Of a stretch of 10,646 bases of DNA, positions 1 through 7,679 are shown in pieces (positions within the stretch are counted from its first letter, which is position 1; each line of letters begins with the position of its first letter). Location of the stretch: assembly GCA_044345055.1 (NCBI GenBank), contig JBIJBT010000086.1, positions 1-10,646 on the forward strand, given 5' to 3'. Position numbers and translations under genes: made by a program. The DNA is from Bdellovibrionota bacterium. GTDB lineage: Bacteria; Bdellovibrionota_C; UBA2361; OMIW01. Under the pieces are notes generated by a model. It was not told the origin of the DNA and ran no database searches. It was given only the letters and a program-made list of their open reading frames with translations.

Positions 1-681
1 TATCGTTACTGGATCAAATGTTGCCGATTCAATAAGTACACGCTTGGTTGCAGGTGTTACCATCGAGTTTTGACACCCAATAACTCCAGCGACTGCAAGA
101 ATTTTGCTTCGGTCCCGAATAACGATTGAACCAGCAGGAACGCGATAATTATTTCCATCAAGCGCAACGATCGACTCCTCGTTAGTCGTCGCGGCAACAA
201 CGACCTCGCCCTCAACTTTGTCGCGGTCAAAAACATGGGTCGGTTGGCCCAATTCCATCAGTACAAAGTTACTCACCGCCACCAAAGGATGGCGCTCAGG
301 AGTTGCGCCCCCCGGGATCAACACCTCCGATCGAGGGGTCATCTCACTCGGTGCACTCATCTCAAGCAACGCATATCGGGTGCAGAGATCGGTGGTTCGT
401 CGCACAGGTAACGAGACCGATTTATCAGGAAGATCCGTTGCAATCGCGACAGTGCGCAGTGGGGTTAACAATCGCGCCGACAATTCACGCGCAGCGCCGA
501 GCACACACCCCTGATCGCCCCGATTTGCTAACGTTTCAATCGTAAATATCGTATCGCCACCTGGAGTCGCTTCGACTCCCTTAACTTCTAATCCCGCTTC
601 ATCAAGATGCACACGGAGCTCAGCAGGCGCGGTGGTGGGGAGATCGAGCATCTGCTTGAGCATGGAGAGATAAAGCTTCAT
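1..681 (-). CDS. pheT: Phenylalanine--tRNA ligase beta subunit, 5' part (runs off the left edge; absent from the ORF track)
   Basis: Manual translation from ATG at 681 is open to position 1: MKLYLSMLKQMLDL...EAGLEVKGV...IETLANRGDQGCVLGAARELSA...SNFVLMELGQPTHVFDRDKV...ALDG...VIRD...AVAGVIG...VLIESATFDPVTI. It carries the PheT motifs NRxD, ARE, GQPxHxFD and ESAxFDP and lies directly downstream of pheS. Confidence 0.96.
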   Translation of the reverse strand, partial: MKLYLSMLKQMLDLPTTAPAELRVHLDEAGLEVKGVEATPGGDTIFTIETLANRGDQGCVLGAARELSARLLTPLRTVAIATDLPDKSVSLPVRRTTDLCTRYALLEMSAPSEMTPRSEVLIPGGATPERHPLVAVSNFVLMELGQPTHVFDRDKVEGEVVVAATTNEESIVALDGNNYRVPAGSIVIRDRSKILAVAGVIGCQNSMVTPATKRVLIESATFDPVTI

Positions 682-717
682 AGCGAGTAACTATTCAACA
701 CAATACTTATTATTAAT

Positions 718-772
718 CTCCGCCGGCGCCTCTTTGTCGGAGGTCATTCAGACACGGCCGCCGGCGCGGGAG
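718..772. other. GC-rich imperfect hairpin in the pheS-pheT spacer
   Basis: CGCCGGCG (721-728) pairs with CGCCGGCG (759-766), extended by ctc/gag and cc/gg, with an inner tgtc/gaca stem. It sits in AT-rich flanks. Confidence 0.6.
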
Positions 773-866
773 GGAATGAGCGAAATGAAAATGGAAAAAG
801 GTTTAATTTAAAAAACTTTTTTAACAGTACCGTTTTTCTTAATTTCTATAATTTCAAGGGCTATCG

Positions 867-1883
867 TTAACCCCCAAATATTCTCAGATCGTTATGATAT
901 ACCTGCCTTAGATCGGAAAAATCGCACAGCTGTGCGGCCAAACGACCTGTACCAAATCCGAAAGCAAATCCTGATATTTTGTCCGGATCATATTTGAATT
1001 CTTTTAGCACATTTCGGTGTATCATCCCGGCTCCCGCGACCGTAACCCATCCAGCCCCACCGCAAAGTGGACATCCCGCCCCCTTGCACGCGCTACACTC
1101 TACCTGTGCACCGATGCTCGGCTCGGTATAGGGATAATACTTCGGGACAAATCGGATCTTTCGTCTGCGGCCATACAGTTCGCGTAAAATGAACTGAATC
1201 GTACCCATCAGGTTCGCAAGAGTAAGACCCTTTTCAACCCAAACTAGATCGAACTGATGAAAAAAAGCGGTGTGCGAAGCATCCTCCGCTTCATTCCGAT
1301 AGACTCCTCCCGCCGCCATCGCCCGCACCGGCATATCACCCGACTCTAACGTCCTCGACTGCATCGAGGTTGTATGGGTGCGCAATACGTGCCCAGTATC
1401 AGTATAAAATGTATCCTGAAGATCGCGCGCCGGATGGTGTTTTGGGATATTGAGCGCATCAAAACAGTAGTATTCAGTTTCGACAACTGGTCCATCTATT
1501 GCGACAAATCCGAGCTGCCGAAGCACCGCAGAGACCGTCTCTTCAACCTGAGTAATCGGATGCAATAGTCCCAACCCGGCAGAACGTGCTGGCAGGGAGA
1601 GATCGAAGAACTGTTTCTGAAGCAGGCCACGCCGCTCCTTTTCGCCCTCTTCACGCTCCTTCGTTGCAACTGTCTCCTCGACCAACTGTTTTAGCTCGTT
1701 GCAACGTTGAGCAAATTCGCTCCGCGCCTCGGGAGCCACATCTTTGAGCTGCGTAAATAGCCCCTTTATCACACCCTCTTTCGCGAGCCACTCTTTTTTT
1801 AGTGCGGCGCTGGTGGCCGAGGTAGATTCGACCCGAAATCGTTCGATAAGGGAGGATAATAATTCCTGGGTGAGCTGTTCCAT
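867..1883 (-). CDS. pheS: Phenylalanine--tRNA ligase alpha subunit (divergent active-site motifs)
   Basis: 338 aa with an N-terminal coiled-coil arm, DLSLP, GxLHP, FDALNIPKHHPARDLQDTFY, LRTHT, VYRNE-D-H-FHQ, PYTEPS, a CxxCxxxxCxxC insert, GFAFG and NDLR. Confidence 0.96.
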   Translation of the reverse strand: MEQLTQELLSSLIERFRVESTSATSAALKKEWLAKEGVIKGLFTQLKDVAPEARSEFAQRCNELKQLVEETVATKEREEGEKERRGLLQKQFFDLSLPARSAGLGLLHPITQVEETVSAVLRQLGFVAIDGPVVETEYYCFDALNIPKHHPARDLQDTFYTDTGHVLRTHTTSMQSRTLESGDMPVRAMAAGGVYRNEAEDASHTAFFHQFDLVWVEKGLTLANLMGTIQFILRELYGRRRKIRFVPKYYPYTEPSIGAQVECSACKGAGCPLCGGAGWVTVAGAGMIHRNVLKEFKYDPDKISGFAFGFGTGRLAAQLCDFSDLRQVYHNDLRIFGG

Positions 1884-1929
1884 AGCAGATATCGACCGAG
1901 TTTTTTGTTTCGAGTGAAAGGTTTATCGT

Positions 1930-2020
1930 TCAGGAGAATAGCTAATGGTGAGGGGAGTAACCCAAACAGGCTACTCCTCTCAAACGGGTGAGATTCCGTT
2001 CTCGACCTCTATTCTCCTGA
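1930..2020. other. Predicted multi-stem structure (candidate ncRNA, leader or REP-like element) upstream of pheS
   Basis: Perfect 12-bp inverted repeat TCAGGAGAATAG (1930-1941) / CTATTCTCCTGA (2009-2020) encloses hairpins 1949-1982 and 1983-2000. Confidence 0.5.
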
Positions 2021-2054
2021 TTGGATTTTCTCCTAATCGCGCTGTTCTCCTGAT
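2012..2054. repeat. Three direct copies of TTCTCCT(G/A)AT
   Basis: Copies start at 2012, 2028 and 2045 (16-17 nt spacing). An inverted partial copy lies at 1930-1938. Confidence 0.75.
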
Positions 2055-2071
2055 GGAACAGAGCTGTTCAG

Positions 2072-2590
2072 TTACTTTCGCGGATACCGAGTATCCAGAA
2101 TCGTATTCCACTCCGCAAGATAAGGAGCGTTCGAAAGCAGCTCCTCAATCTCTCCTTCATCTCCAGAGACGCGAGCCTTGACAATTTTATCGCCTTGGCG
2201 GATCGCATCGACTACCTCTTGACCCGCGATAACCTTGCCGAAAACGGTGTGCCTACCATCGAGGTGAGGTGTTGGGCCATGAGTGATAAAAAACTGGCTC
2301 CCGTTCGTTCCAGGACCCGCATTTGCCATCGAAAGAATGCCCGCTCGATCGTGACGAAGAGTACCGACACACTCATCTTCAAACCGATATCCGGGGCCGC
2401 CATACCCTTTCCCCTCAGGATCTCCCCCCTGAATCATGAAATCGGCGATAACTCGATGAAAGACCAGCCCATCATAAAAACCGCGCTGAATAAGATTGAC
2501 GAAGTTAGTAACAGTTTTGGGGGTTTCTTGTGCGGTCAAACCGATAATGATGGTGCCTCGATCTGTTTCAAGTGTCGCGGTAATGGTCAT
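2072..2590 (-). CDS. Cyclophilin-type peptidyl-prolyl cis-trans isomerase
   Basis: Motifs [64 protein letters not shown]. Start placed at ATG 2590 (MTITATLET), where the domain begins, rather than the upstream TTG at 2647. Confidence 0.96.
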   Translation of the reverse strand: MTITATLETDRGTIIIGLTAQETPKTVTNFVNLIQRGFYDGLVFHRVIADFMIQGGDPEGKGYGGPGYRFEDECVGTLRHDRAGILSMANAGPGTNGSQFFITHGPTPHLDGRHTVFGKVIAGQEVVDAIRQGDKIVKARVSGDEGEIEELLSNAPYLAEWNTILDTRYPRK

Positions 2591-2949
2591 GGGAGATCCG
2601 AAAAAAAATAAATAAATAGTGTGTAAAAGAAGGGTCAAACCAACCAACCAAGCGTGAGCCTTTGCGGAGGAGGATGATCCAGAAAATCGAAAGAAAGGAA
2701 TTGCTGATCCTCGGCGAAAGTTATTTTAGGAGTCACGATAAATTAGAAGTGAGCCAAAATCAAAGGGTTCTCCGAAAAAGGTCCATAGCTGGGGGCCTTC
2801 TTTTTATTTTTGCAATGACTAGCGGTTGATGTACTGCGAACTACGGGGGGGGGTAGCGAAGGTTGGGGGGTGTGATTACGTCAGCTGGGGTTGGGATTGA
2901 CTTCGAAGTGAGATTTGTGGGACTTTTGGGGGCCTTTTTTTTCAAGGTT

Positions 2950-3768
2950 ATGAAAAGTTTCGCGGATTTCTTCGAAGCTGTTGGCTCGGCCGTCGGCGGC
3001 GAGAACATACTGGCCATAAACCAATTCTTCGGGCCGATGCTCGACGAAATGGGCCTGTCCATTGAGCCGCTAACGGTATCTTGCCTTTTTTCGAATCCAT
3101 TCGGATTAGCTGTTGGGGAGCAGATCCTCCCACACGTAATTCTGGGCGATGTGGAAGCCTTTGAGCGATGGTCCTCGAACAATTGCGAGCTCCTATCCAA
3201 GGAGGAGCTGTTGGCTATTTCGAGCCTCCCAGCTTTAATTGCGCGAGGTCTTACCTTAAGTGGGGTAAACCGCCTCACTGAACAGGATTTCGCCATGTTA
3301 TCTCAAGGGAAACGTCTGGCAGCAGCTTTTGCGAAACTCGGCCTCGATAATTCGGGGCTGTTTTTCCAGGAGATAAGCAAGGCGCATAGGGGGAGCTATA
3401 TAGAGCCTTTCCTCATGCTCGAGAGCTTTACCGACTACCCGTGGGTAAGGCCTCGGCCAGAAGCATGGGATACCCTACTATTCCCGGATGTCGTCTATCG
3501 AGTCAGAAGTGCCGCCGCTCAATTGCAGAGTATATCCTCAAGACTCGAGGAATTTCCCCTAGAGTCGCGAGATACAGTCTGGAAACTGATGGGCCGGGTT
3601 TCGAATACGTTCAAAAACCCGTCAGTCACATCAAAGCTGTCGAGCACCTTTGACGCTTTAGCGTCGTCCGAATATAATTGGGGATTAGCCGGTGAGCTAG
3701 CTGATGAACTAAATTATATAAAAAGCATCGAAACAAGACGAAATCTAGATAGGTTGTTTGGCTCCTAA
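2950..3768 (+). CDS. Hypothetical protein (orphan, about 272 aa)
   Basis: Long open frame filling the gap between the PPIase gene and rmuC, followed by a hairpin. ATG at 2950 is preceded by AAGG. The extension to 2863 is low-complexity G/T sequence. No motif recognised. Confidence 0.7.
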   Translation: MKSFADFFEAVGSAVGGENILAINQFFGPMLDEMGLSIEPLTVSCLFSNPFGLAVGEQILPHVILGDVEAFERWSSNNCELLSKEELLAISSLPALIARGLTLSGVNRLTEQDFAMLSQGKRLAAAFAKLGLDNSGLFFQEISKAHRGSYIEPFLMLESFTDYPWVRPRPEAWDTLLFPDVVYRVRSAAAQLQSISSRLEEFPLESRDTVWKLMGRVSNTFKNPSVTSKLSSTFDALASSEYNWGLAGELADELNYIKSIETRRNLDRLFGS

Positions 3769-3786
3769 AGCCGCCCACCAATTCAC

Positions 3787-3829
3787 ACCAGCCCTGAGGT
3801 CCCACGGATCTCTTGGGCTGGTCCCTTTT
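3787..3829. terminator. Hairpin between convergent genes, probable intrinsic terminator
   Basis: ACCAGCCC (3787-3794) / GGGCTGGT (3815-3822), inner GAGGTCC-cac-GGATCTC, followed by CCCTTTT on the + strand. Confidence 0.7.
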
Positions 3830-3832
3830 CCT

Positions 3833-5254
3833 TCACCCCCCAACCTCACTAAACCCCTCCGGGATCTCTTTCCCCGATTGCACCGCTCCTAGCTCCTTGA
3901 TTCGCTCTATTCTGCCGATAATCGAGCTGCCCCGTTTTACATCGCTGCACAGACGGGTTTTTACTAGTGAGAACTCCCTCTGAGCGATTTCAAGCCCACG
4001 CTCAAGCCCCTCGAGCGCTTTTACCATGTCGACGAATTTGCTGTAGAGCTGATCGCACTCGCGCACGACTAGCTCTACGTTCCGCACCTGGTCTTCGCGC
4101 TGCCACAATAAGCGAATAACTTTGAGTGCAATGAGAAGAGTGCTCGGTGAGACAAGCATCACGTGGTTACGGAGCGCTTTTTGAAAAAGATCGGGCGACT
4201 CTCGTAGCGCAACTGAGAGAGCTCCCTCAATCGGCATAAAGAGAATTACAAACTCAAACGCCGAGACGCCAACAGCTTTATGGTACTCTTTTGCACCCAG
4301 TGCTGTTACATGGTTTAGGACCGCCTGAAGGTGTTCTTTTGAGTGCCGGATTCGCTCCGGTCCATCCGAAGCGTGAAAAAACTCGTGGTATGCACGTAGA
4401 GATACCTTTGCGTCGATGATTATTTGGCGATTATTTGGGAGCTTTAGCACCACATCGGGCCGAAGCAACGAGCCATCTAACGACCGATACGATTCTTGTT
4501 CATCAAAATCGATATATCGCTCAAGACCCTCTGCTTCGAGAATCTGGCGCAGCCGCTCTTCTCCCCAATCACCCTGAACGCGGCTCCCCCCTTTTAGCGC
4601 TCTTGCTAGCTGATTTGCCTCTTCCGAGAGTCGGGCGCTTGACTGATTAAGGGTCGTTATCTGCTCTTTTAGAGCGGTAATATCCTGAATTTCGTCGCGA
4701 CGGGTTGCCTCAACTTTTTCGCGGAACTCAGAGAGATGCTCCCGTAATGGCTGGAGCAACGTCTGCATCTCTCCCTTATTGACCTCGACAAAATGGCGGC
4801 TTTTTTCGCCGAATATCTCCTGAGCGATCGTGCGAAACGAATCGCGCGATGCAGCGAGAATCGCTTCGGAGTCAGCTTTGAGCTGCGCGGCGTGTTGCAA
4901 GAGTGCCTCACGCTCTGATTCGAGCGCTGAGACACGCGATGATGCAGCAAGATGTTCAGCGGTGCGCGCTCGGAGCTCTTCCTGAATCCGGACGAGCTCC
5001 GCTGCTCGCTCATCGAGGGAGGCTGCAAAAAGAGTTCGCACCTCCTCGTATTGCTCTCGGGTCACGTGGCGCGCACGCAACTGCTCTGGTGTTATCGCCT
5101 CGGCCAGTTGAGCCCGAAGCTGCGCGAGCTCAGCGGCACGCCTTCCAGGCCGAAATAGTGCAAACGCTCCAAGGGCGGCGCACACCACTCCAAAGAAACT
5201 ACCAAACCCGAAATTAATCAGTGAAAAAGAATAAGGAGCAACGACTTCTTGCAT
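3833..5254 (-). CDS. rmuC: DNA recombination protein RmuC
   Basis: N-terminal TM segment, long coiled coil, LLQPLRE, LARALKG-QGDWGE, RPDVVLKLP-IIIDAKVSL, FVILFMPIEGA, VSPSTLLIAL. Confidence 0.95.
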   Translation of the reverse strand: MQEVVAPYSFSLINFGFGSFFGVVCAALGAFALFRPGRRAAELAQLRAQLAEAITPEQLRARHVTREQYEEVRTLFAASLDERAAELVRIQEELRARTAEHLAASSRVSALESEREALLQHAAQLKADSEAILAASRDSFRTIAQEIFGEKSRHFVEVNKGEMQTLLQPLREHLSEFREKVEATRRDEIQDITALKEQITTLNQSSARLSEEANQLARALKGGSRVQGDWGEERLRQILEAEGLERYIDFDEQESYRSLDGSLLRPDVVLKLPNNRQIIIDAKVSLRAYHEFFHASDGPERIRHSKEHLQAVLNHVTALGAKEYHKAVGVSAFEFVILFMPIEGALSVALRESPDLFQKALRNHVMLVSPSTLLIALKVIRLLWQREDQVRNVELVVRECDQLYSKFVDMVKALEGLERGLEIAQREFSLVKTRLCSDVKRGSSIIGRIERIKELGAVQSGKEIPEGFSEVGG

Positions 5255-5299
5255 AAAAGTGACAACTACAACAGAAAAAAAATTTAGCTCTAACTGTGT

Positions 5300-6235
5300 C
5301 TACTCGCGCATCACCGTGCCCGAGAGCTCCTGCCAAACCGAGGTGCCATCATCGCACGCAAATAGCGAAAGCACCCGAAGTCGCGAGGACTTCCGATCTT
5401 TTTTTTGGAGAATCACCGTCTCATGTTCCTGACACCCCATCATCCCCTCTTGCTGGACCCCTTGTTTAGTTCTTGTCCCGATGAGAAGTGGCCCCTTGAG
5501 AGAGACTCGTTCAAGATTTCCATCTCCTGCTTTGACAGAAACGATACCGCGGTCTTCACGCACAGACATCGCAATCCGCATTTTTCGTGGAATAGCGGGT
5601 GGAATACGCCTTGTGCTGAGCTGTTCAACGCGCTGAATCTCTCCTAAATAAAATCCTCCAAATCCATCAACACCGGTGGCGGGCTCTTCAATCCGCTCCA
5701 ACACAACCTCACCCGAAATATCATCACCCCGAAGCCGATACTGAAGCTCGTAACGCCCCATCATAATTGTGCTCATCTCACCCGAAATATCCTCCGGTTT
5801 TGAATCGTGACTCACATGATCGAGAAGCTCTATCCGCTTCATCCCACCCTTCTCCTCCAGGAAGTTAAGCTGAACTCCGTGCGCCCCGTTTACGTGAAGA
5901 TGGTACGACACACGATATCGACCCGGTTTGACCGTTATGGCCGGCAATCGCCGCTTGGATGGATCGATCTCCAATACGATCGGCTCGCCTTCATCTCCCT
6001 CGGCACCATGAACAGCGCCATCTCCCCCATGAGCGGATGAATGCTGCCCACCCTCAGCAACTGCTTGACCGACACCCCCAATCAGCACAACGCCGATAAC
6101 TGAAAGCCAGATTGCCATCGCAGCAACGATCGCCCCATTCAAAAAGGAAGCGCCGGTATAGCAAGCTCGGCGATCGGAAAGACCGTTACAAACGAGTCGT
6201 GACTCCTTATCTCGTCTTTCATCTCTGTTCATCAC
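5300..6235 (-). CDS. Hypothetical exported or membrane-anchored protein (start may be 6232 or 6118)
   Basis: 311-aa frame that overlaps the upstream ACAD stop codon. Hydrophobic segment AIVAAMAIWLSVIGVVLIGG ends in an AxA site (QAVA-EG), followed by a His/Gly-rich linker and beta-rich sequence. Confidence 0.75.
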   Translation of the reverse strand: MMNRDERRDKESRLVCNGLSDRRACYTGASFLNGAIVAAMAIWLSVIGVVLIGGVGQAVAEGGQHSSAHGGDGAVHGAEGDEGEPIVLEIDPSKRRLPAITVKPGRYRVSYHLHVNGAHGVQLNFLEEKGGMKRIELLDHVSHDSKPEDISGEMSTIMMGRYELQYRLRGDDISGEVVLERIEEPATGVDGFGGFYLGEIQRVEQLSTRRIPPAIPRKMRIAMSVREDRGIVSVKAGDGNLERVSLKGPLLIGTRTKQGVQQEGMMGCQEHETVILQKKDRKSSRLRVLSLFACDDGTSVWQELSGTVMRE

Positions 6236-7238
6236 CTTTGCCTCCTCCCGATAAGCCCCCTAATAGCTGCCGCTCCTCCTCGACGGTCAATGGATAGAGC
6301 AGCTCGAGCGCCACGATCCGTCGAAGATAGAGATGAAGATCATACTCCCAGGTGAATCCAATTCCGCCATGAATCTGAACCATCGCCTCAGCAAGCGGCC
6401 TTCCCATGCGCACCGCGGCGTGCCACGCCGATAACGCTGCCTCCTCGAACTGGTCGTGATCGTGAACGCCACACCACTCCGCAAAGCTAGTGAGCGCCGA
6501 TGCCGCGGCAAGATTCGCGAAGTGCGCCGCCGCCTGCTGCTGCACCGCCTGAAATCCCGCTATCGGCACCCCGAACTGTTTCCGCGTCCTTCCGTGATCC
6601 TGAAAAAGCTCAACGCATCGCTCAGCAGCCCCGATTACCTGCGCCGCATGAATCAGCCGCCACGCCGCCCGTAAAAACCGCAAAGCTGCTCGGTCGACAC
6701 TCACCCGCGCAACCGGCTCCGGCAGAGCCCGCTGCAGCTCCCCAAGCACCATCGTGCCATCGAGAGGAGCGATCGGAACAAAGCTACCCTCCTCTAAATT
6801 GTATATTGCAACCTCTCCCAGCTTCGAGCAGATTTCAACGAGGTAACGTGCACCCGGGGCGCCCTCAACTAAGGTTCCCACCGATAGCCCTTCGAGAGCC
6901 GCACACACCCGCACCGCACCCGCACAAGCCTCGTCCACCCCCCACGGCATTCCCACGACGACCGAGGGCAACCACACCCCCCACAGCGCATCCGTGACCA
7001 CCGGCGCCGCAATCAACGCCCGCCCCGCCTCCCGCGCAAGAAGCGCCACCGCCCGAATGCCCCCCTCTCGCACCCACTCAAGCATCCCAAAATCACGACA
7101 CGAAGCCGCGATTCCCTCTCGCTCCGCGGGCCCGCTCCGATACACTCGGCGAATCGTGCCGCAATCGTGCTCCTGCGCGAGAAATCGCCGCACCGCCTCC
7201 TGAAACTCAAGCTCGTCGCTGCTCGGCAGAAAAGTCAT
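6219..7238 (-). CDS. Acyl-CoA dehydrogenase family protein, short type resembling the non-catalytic subunit of heteromeric ACADs
   Basis: FQEAVRRFL, EAGRAL, RKQFGVPIAGFQAVQ, QIHGGIGFTWEYDLHLYLRR. Lacks the TEP-GSD and GxKxFIT motifs. SD GGAGG/GAGG upstream. Confidence 0.9.
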   Translation of the reverse strand: MTFLPSSDELEFQEAVRRFLAQEHDCGTIRRVYRSGPAEREGIAASCRDFGMLEWVREGGIRAVALLAREAGRALIAAPVVTDALWGVWLPSVVVGMPWGVDEACAGAVRVCAALEGLSVGTLVEGAPGARYLVEICSKLGEVAIYNLEEGSFVPIAPLDGTMVLGELQRALPEPVARVSVDRAALRFLRAAWRLIHAAQVIGAAERCVELFQDHGRTRKQFGVPIAGFQAVQQQAAAHFANLAAASALTSFAEWCGVHDHDQFEEAALSAWHAAVRMGRPLAEAMVQIHGGIGFTWEYDLHLYLRRIVALELLYPLTVEEERQLLGGLSGGGKGDEQR

Positions 7239-7273
7239 CCTCGCCTCCCCCCTTCTTGCGGCCTACCCAAATT

Positions 7274-7591
7274 TTACGCCAACCCCAGCGTCATCTTAAC
7301 CTCCTCAGAGGGCTCCCACGGCGGCGTAAAAACCACCGTCACAGCCACCGCAGTCACCCCCGGCACAGCCCCCACGTGCTGCTTTATCATCTCCGTCAGG
7401 TAAGGCCCCGAGGGACATAGAGGAGTCGTAAAGGTCATCTCAATACCCACCGCACCGTCATCACCAATATCGATGCTATAGATCAATCCAAGAAACCAGA
7501 TATCGAGAAAGAGATCAGGGTCCTCAACCTTCTTTAATGCCGCAATAATCTCATCCTCTCGCGGAAGCTCCCCGCTCAGTGCCTCGTCCAT
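7274..7591 (-). CDS. DUF59/MIP18 (SufT/PaaD-like) metal-sulfur cluster assembly factor
   Basis: ALKKVEDPDL-DI-LGLIY, MTFTTPLCP, VFTPPW, LG terminus. ATG at 7591 has a strong AGGAGG upstream; 105 aa. Confidence 0.92.
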   Translation of the reverse strand: MDEALSGELPREDEIIAALKKVEDPDLFLDIWFLGLIYSIDIGDDGAVGIEMTFTTPLCPSGPYLTEMIKQHVGAVPGVTAVAVTVVFTPPWEPSEEVKMTLGLA

Positions 7592-7679
7592 CTTCGTCCC
7601 TCCTCTCGTTAATTTAGGGGCAAGTCCAAAAAGCCCCTGCATTCGAACCTCTTATCACACCCCCCTTCCCACCGATACC

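Noticed and set aside
1055..1095. CxxCxxxxCxxC insert in PheS as a novelty
   Set aside because: This four-Cys insert is common in PheS from many bacterial phyla.
1930..2020. Hammerhead ribozyme (three stems with CTAATGG and CAAAC linkers)
   Set aside because: The core deviates from CUGANGA and GAAA at essential positions, and about 8 extra nt separate stem III from stem I.
2009..2060. CRISPR array
   Set aside because: Repeats are about 10 nt with 6-7 nt spacers, far too short, and no cas genes are present.
1884..2071. T-box riboswitch or pheM-type attenuator upstream of pheS
   Set aside because: No GGTGGNACC T-box sequence, no U-tailed terminator before the ATG, and no Phe-rich leader ORF on the minus strand.
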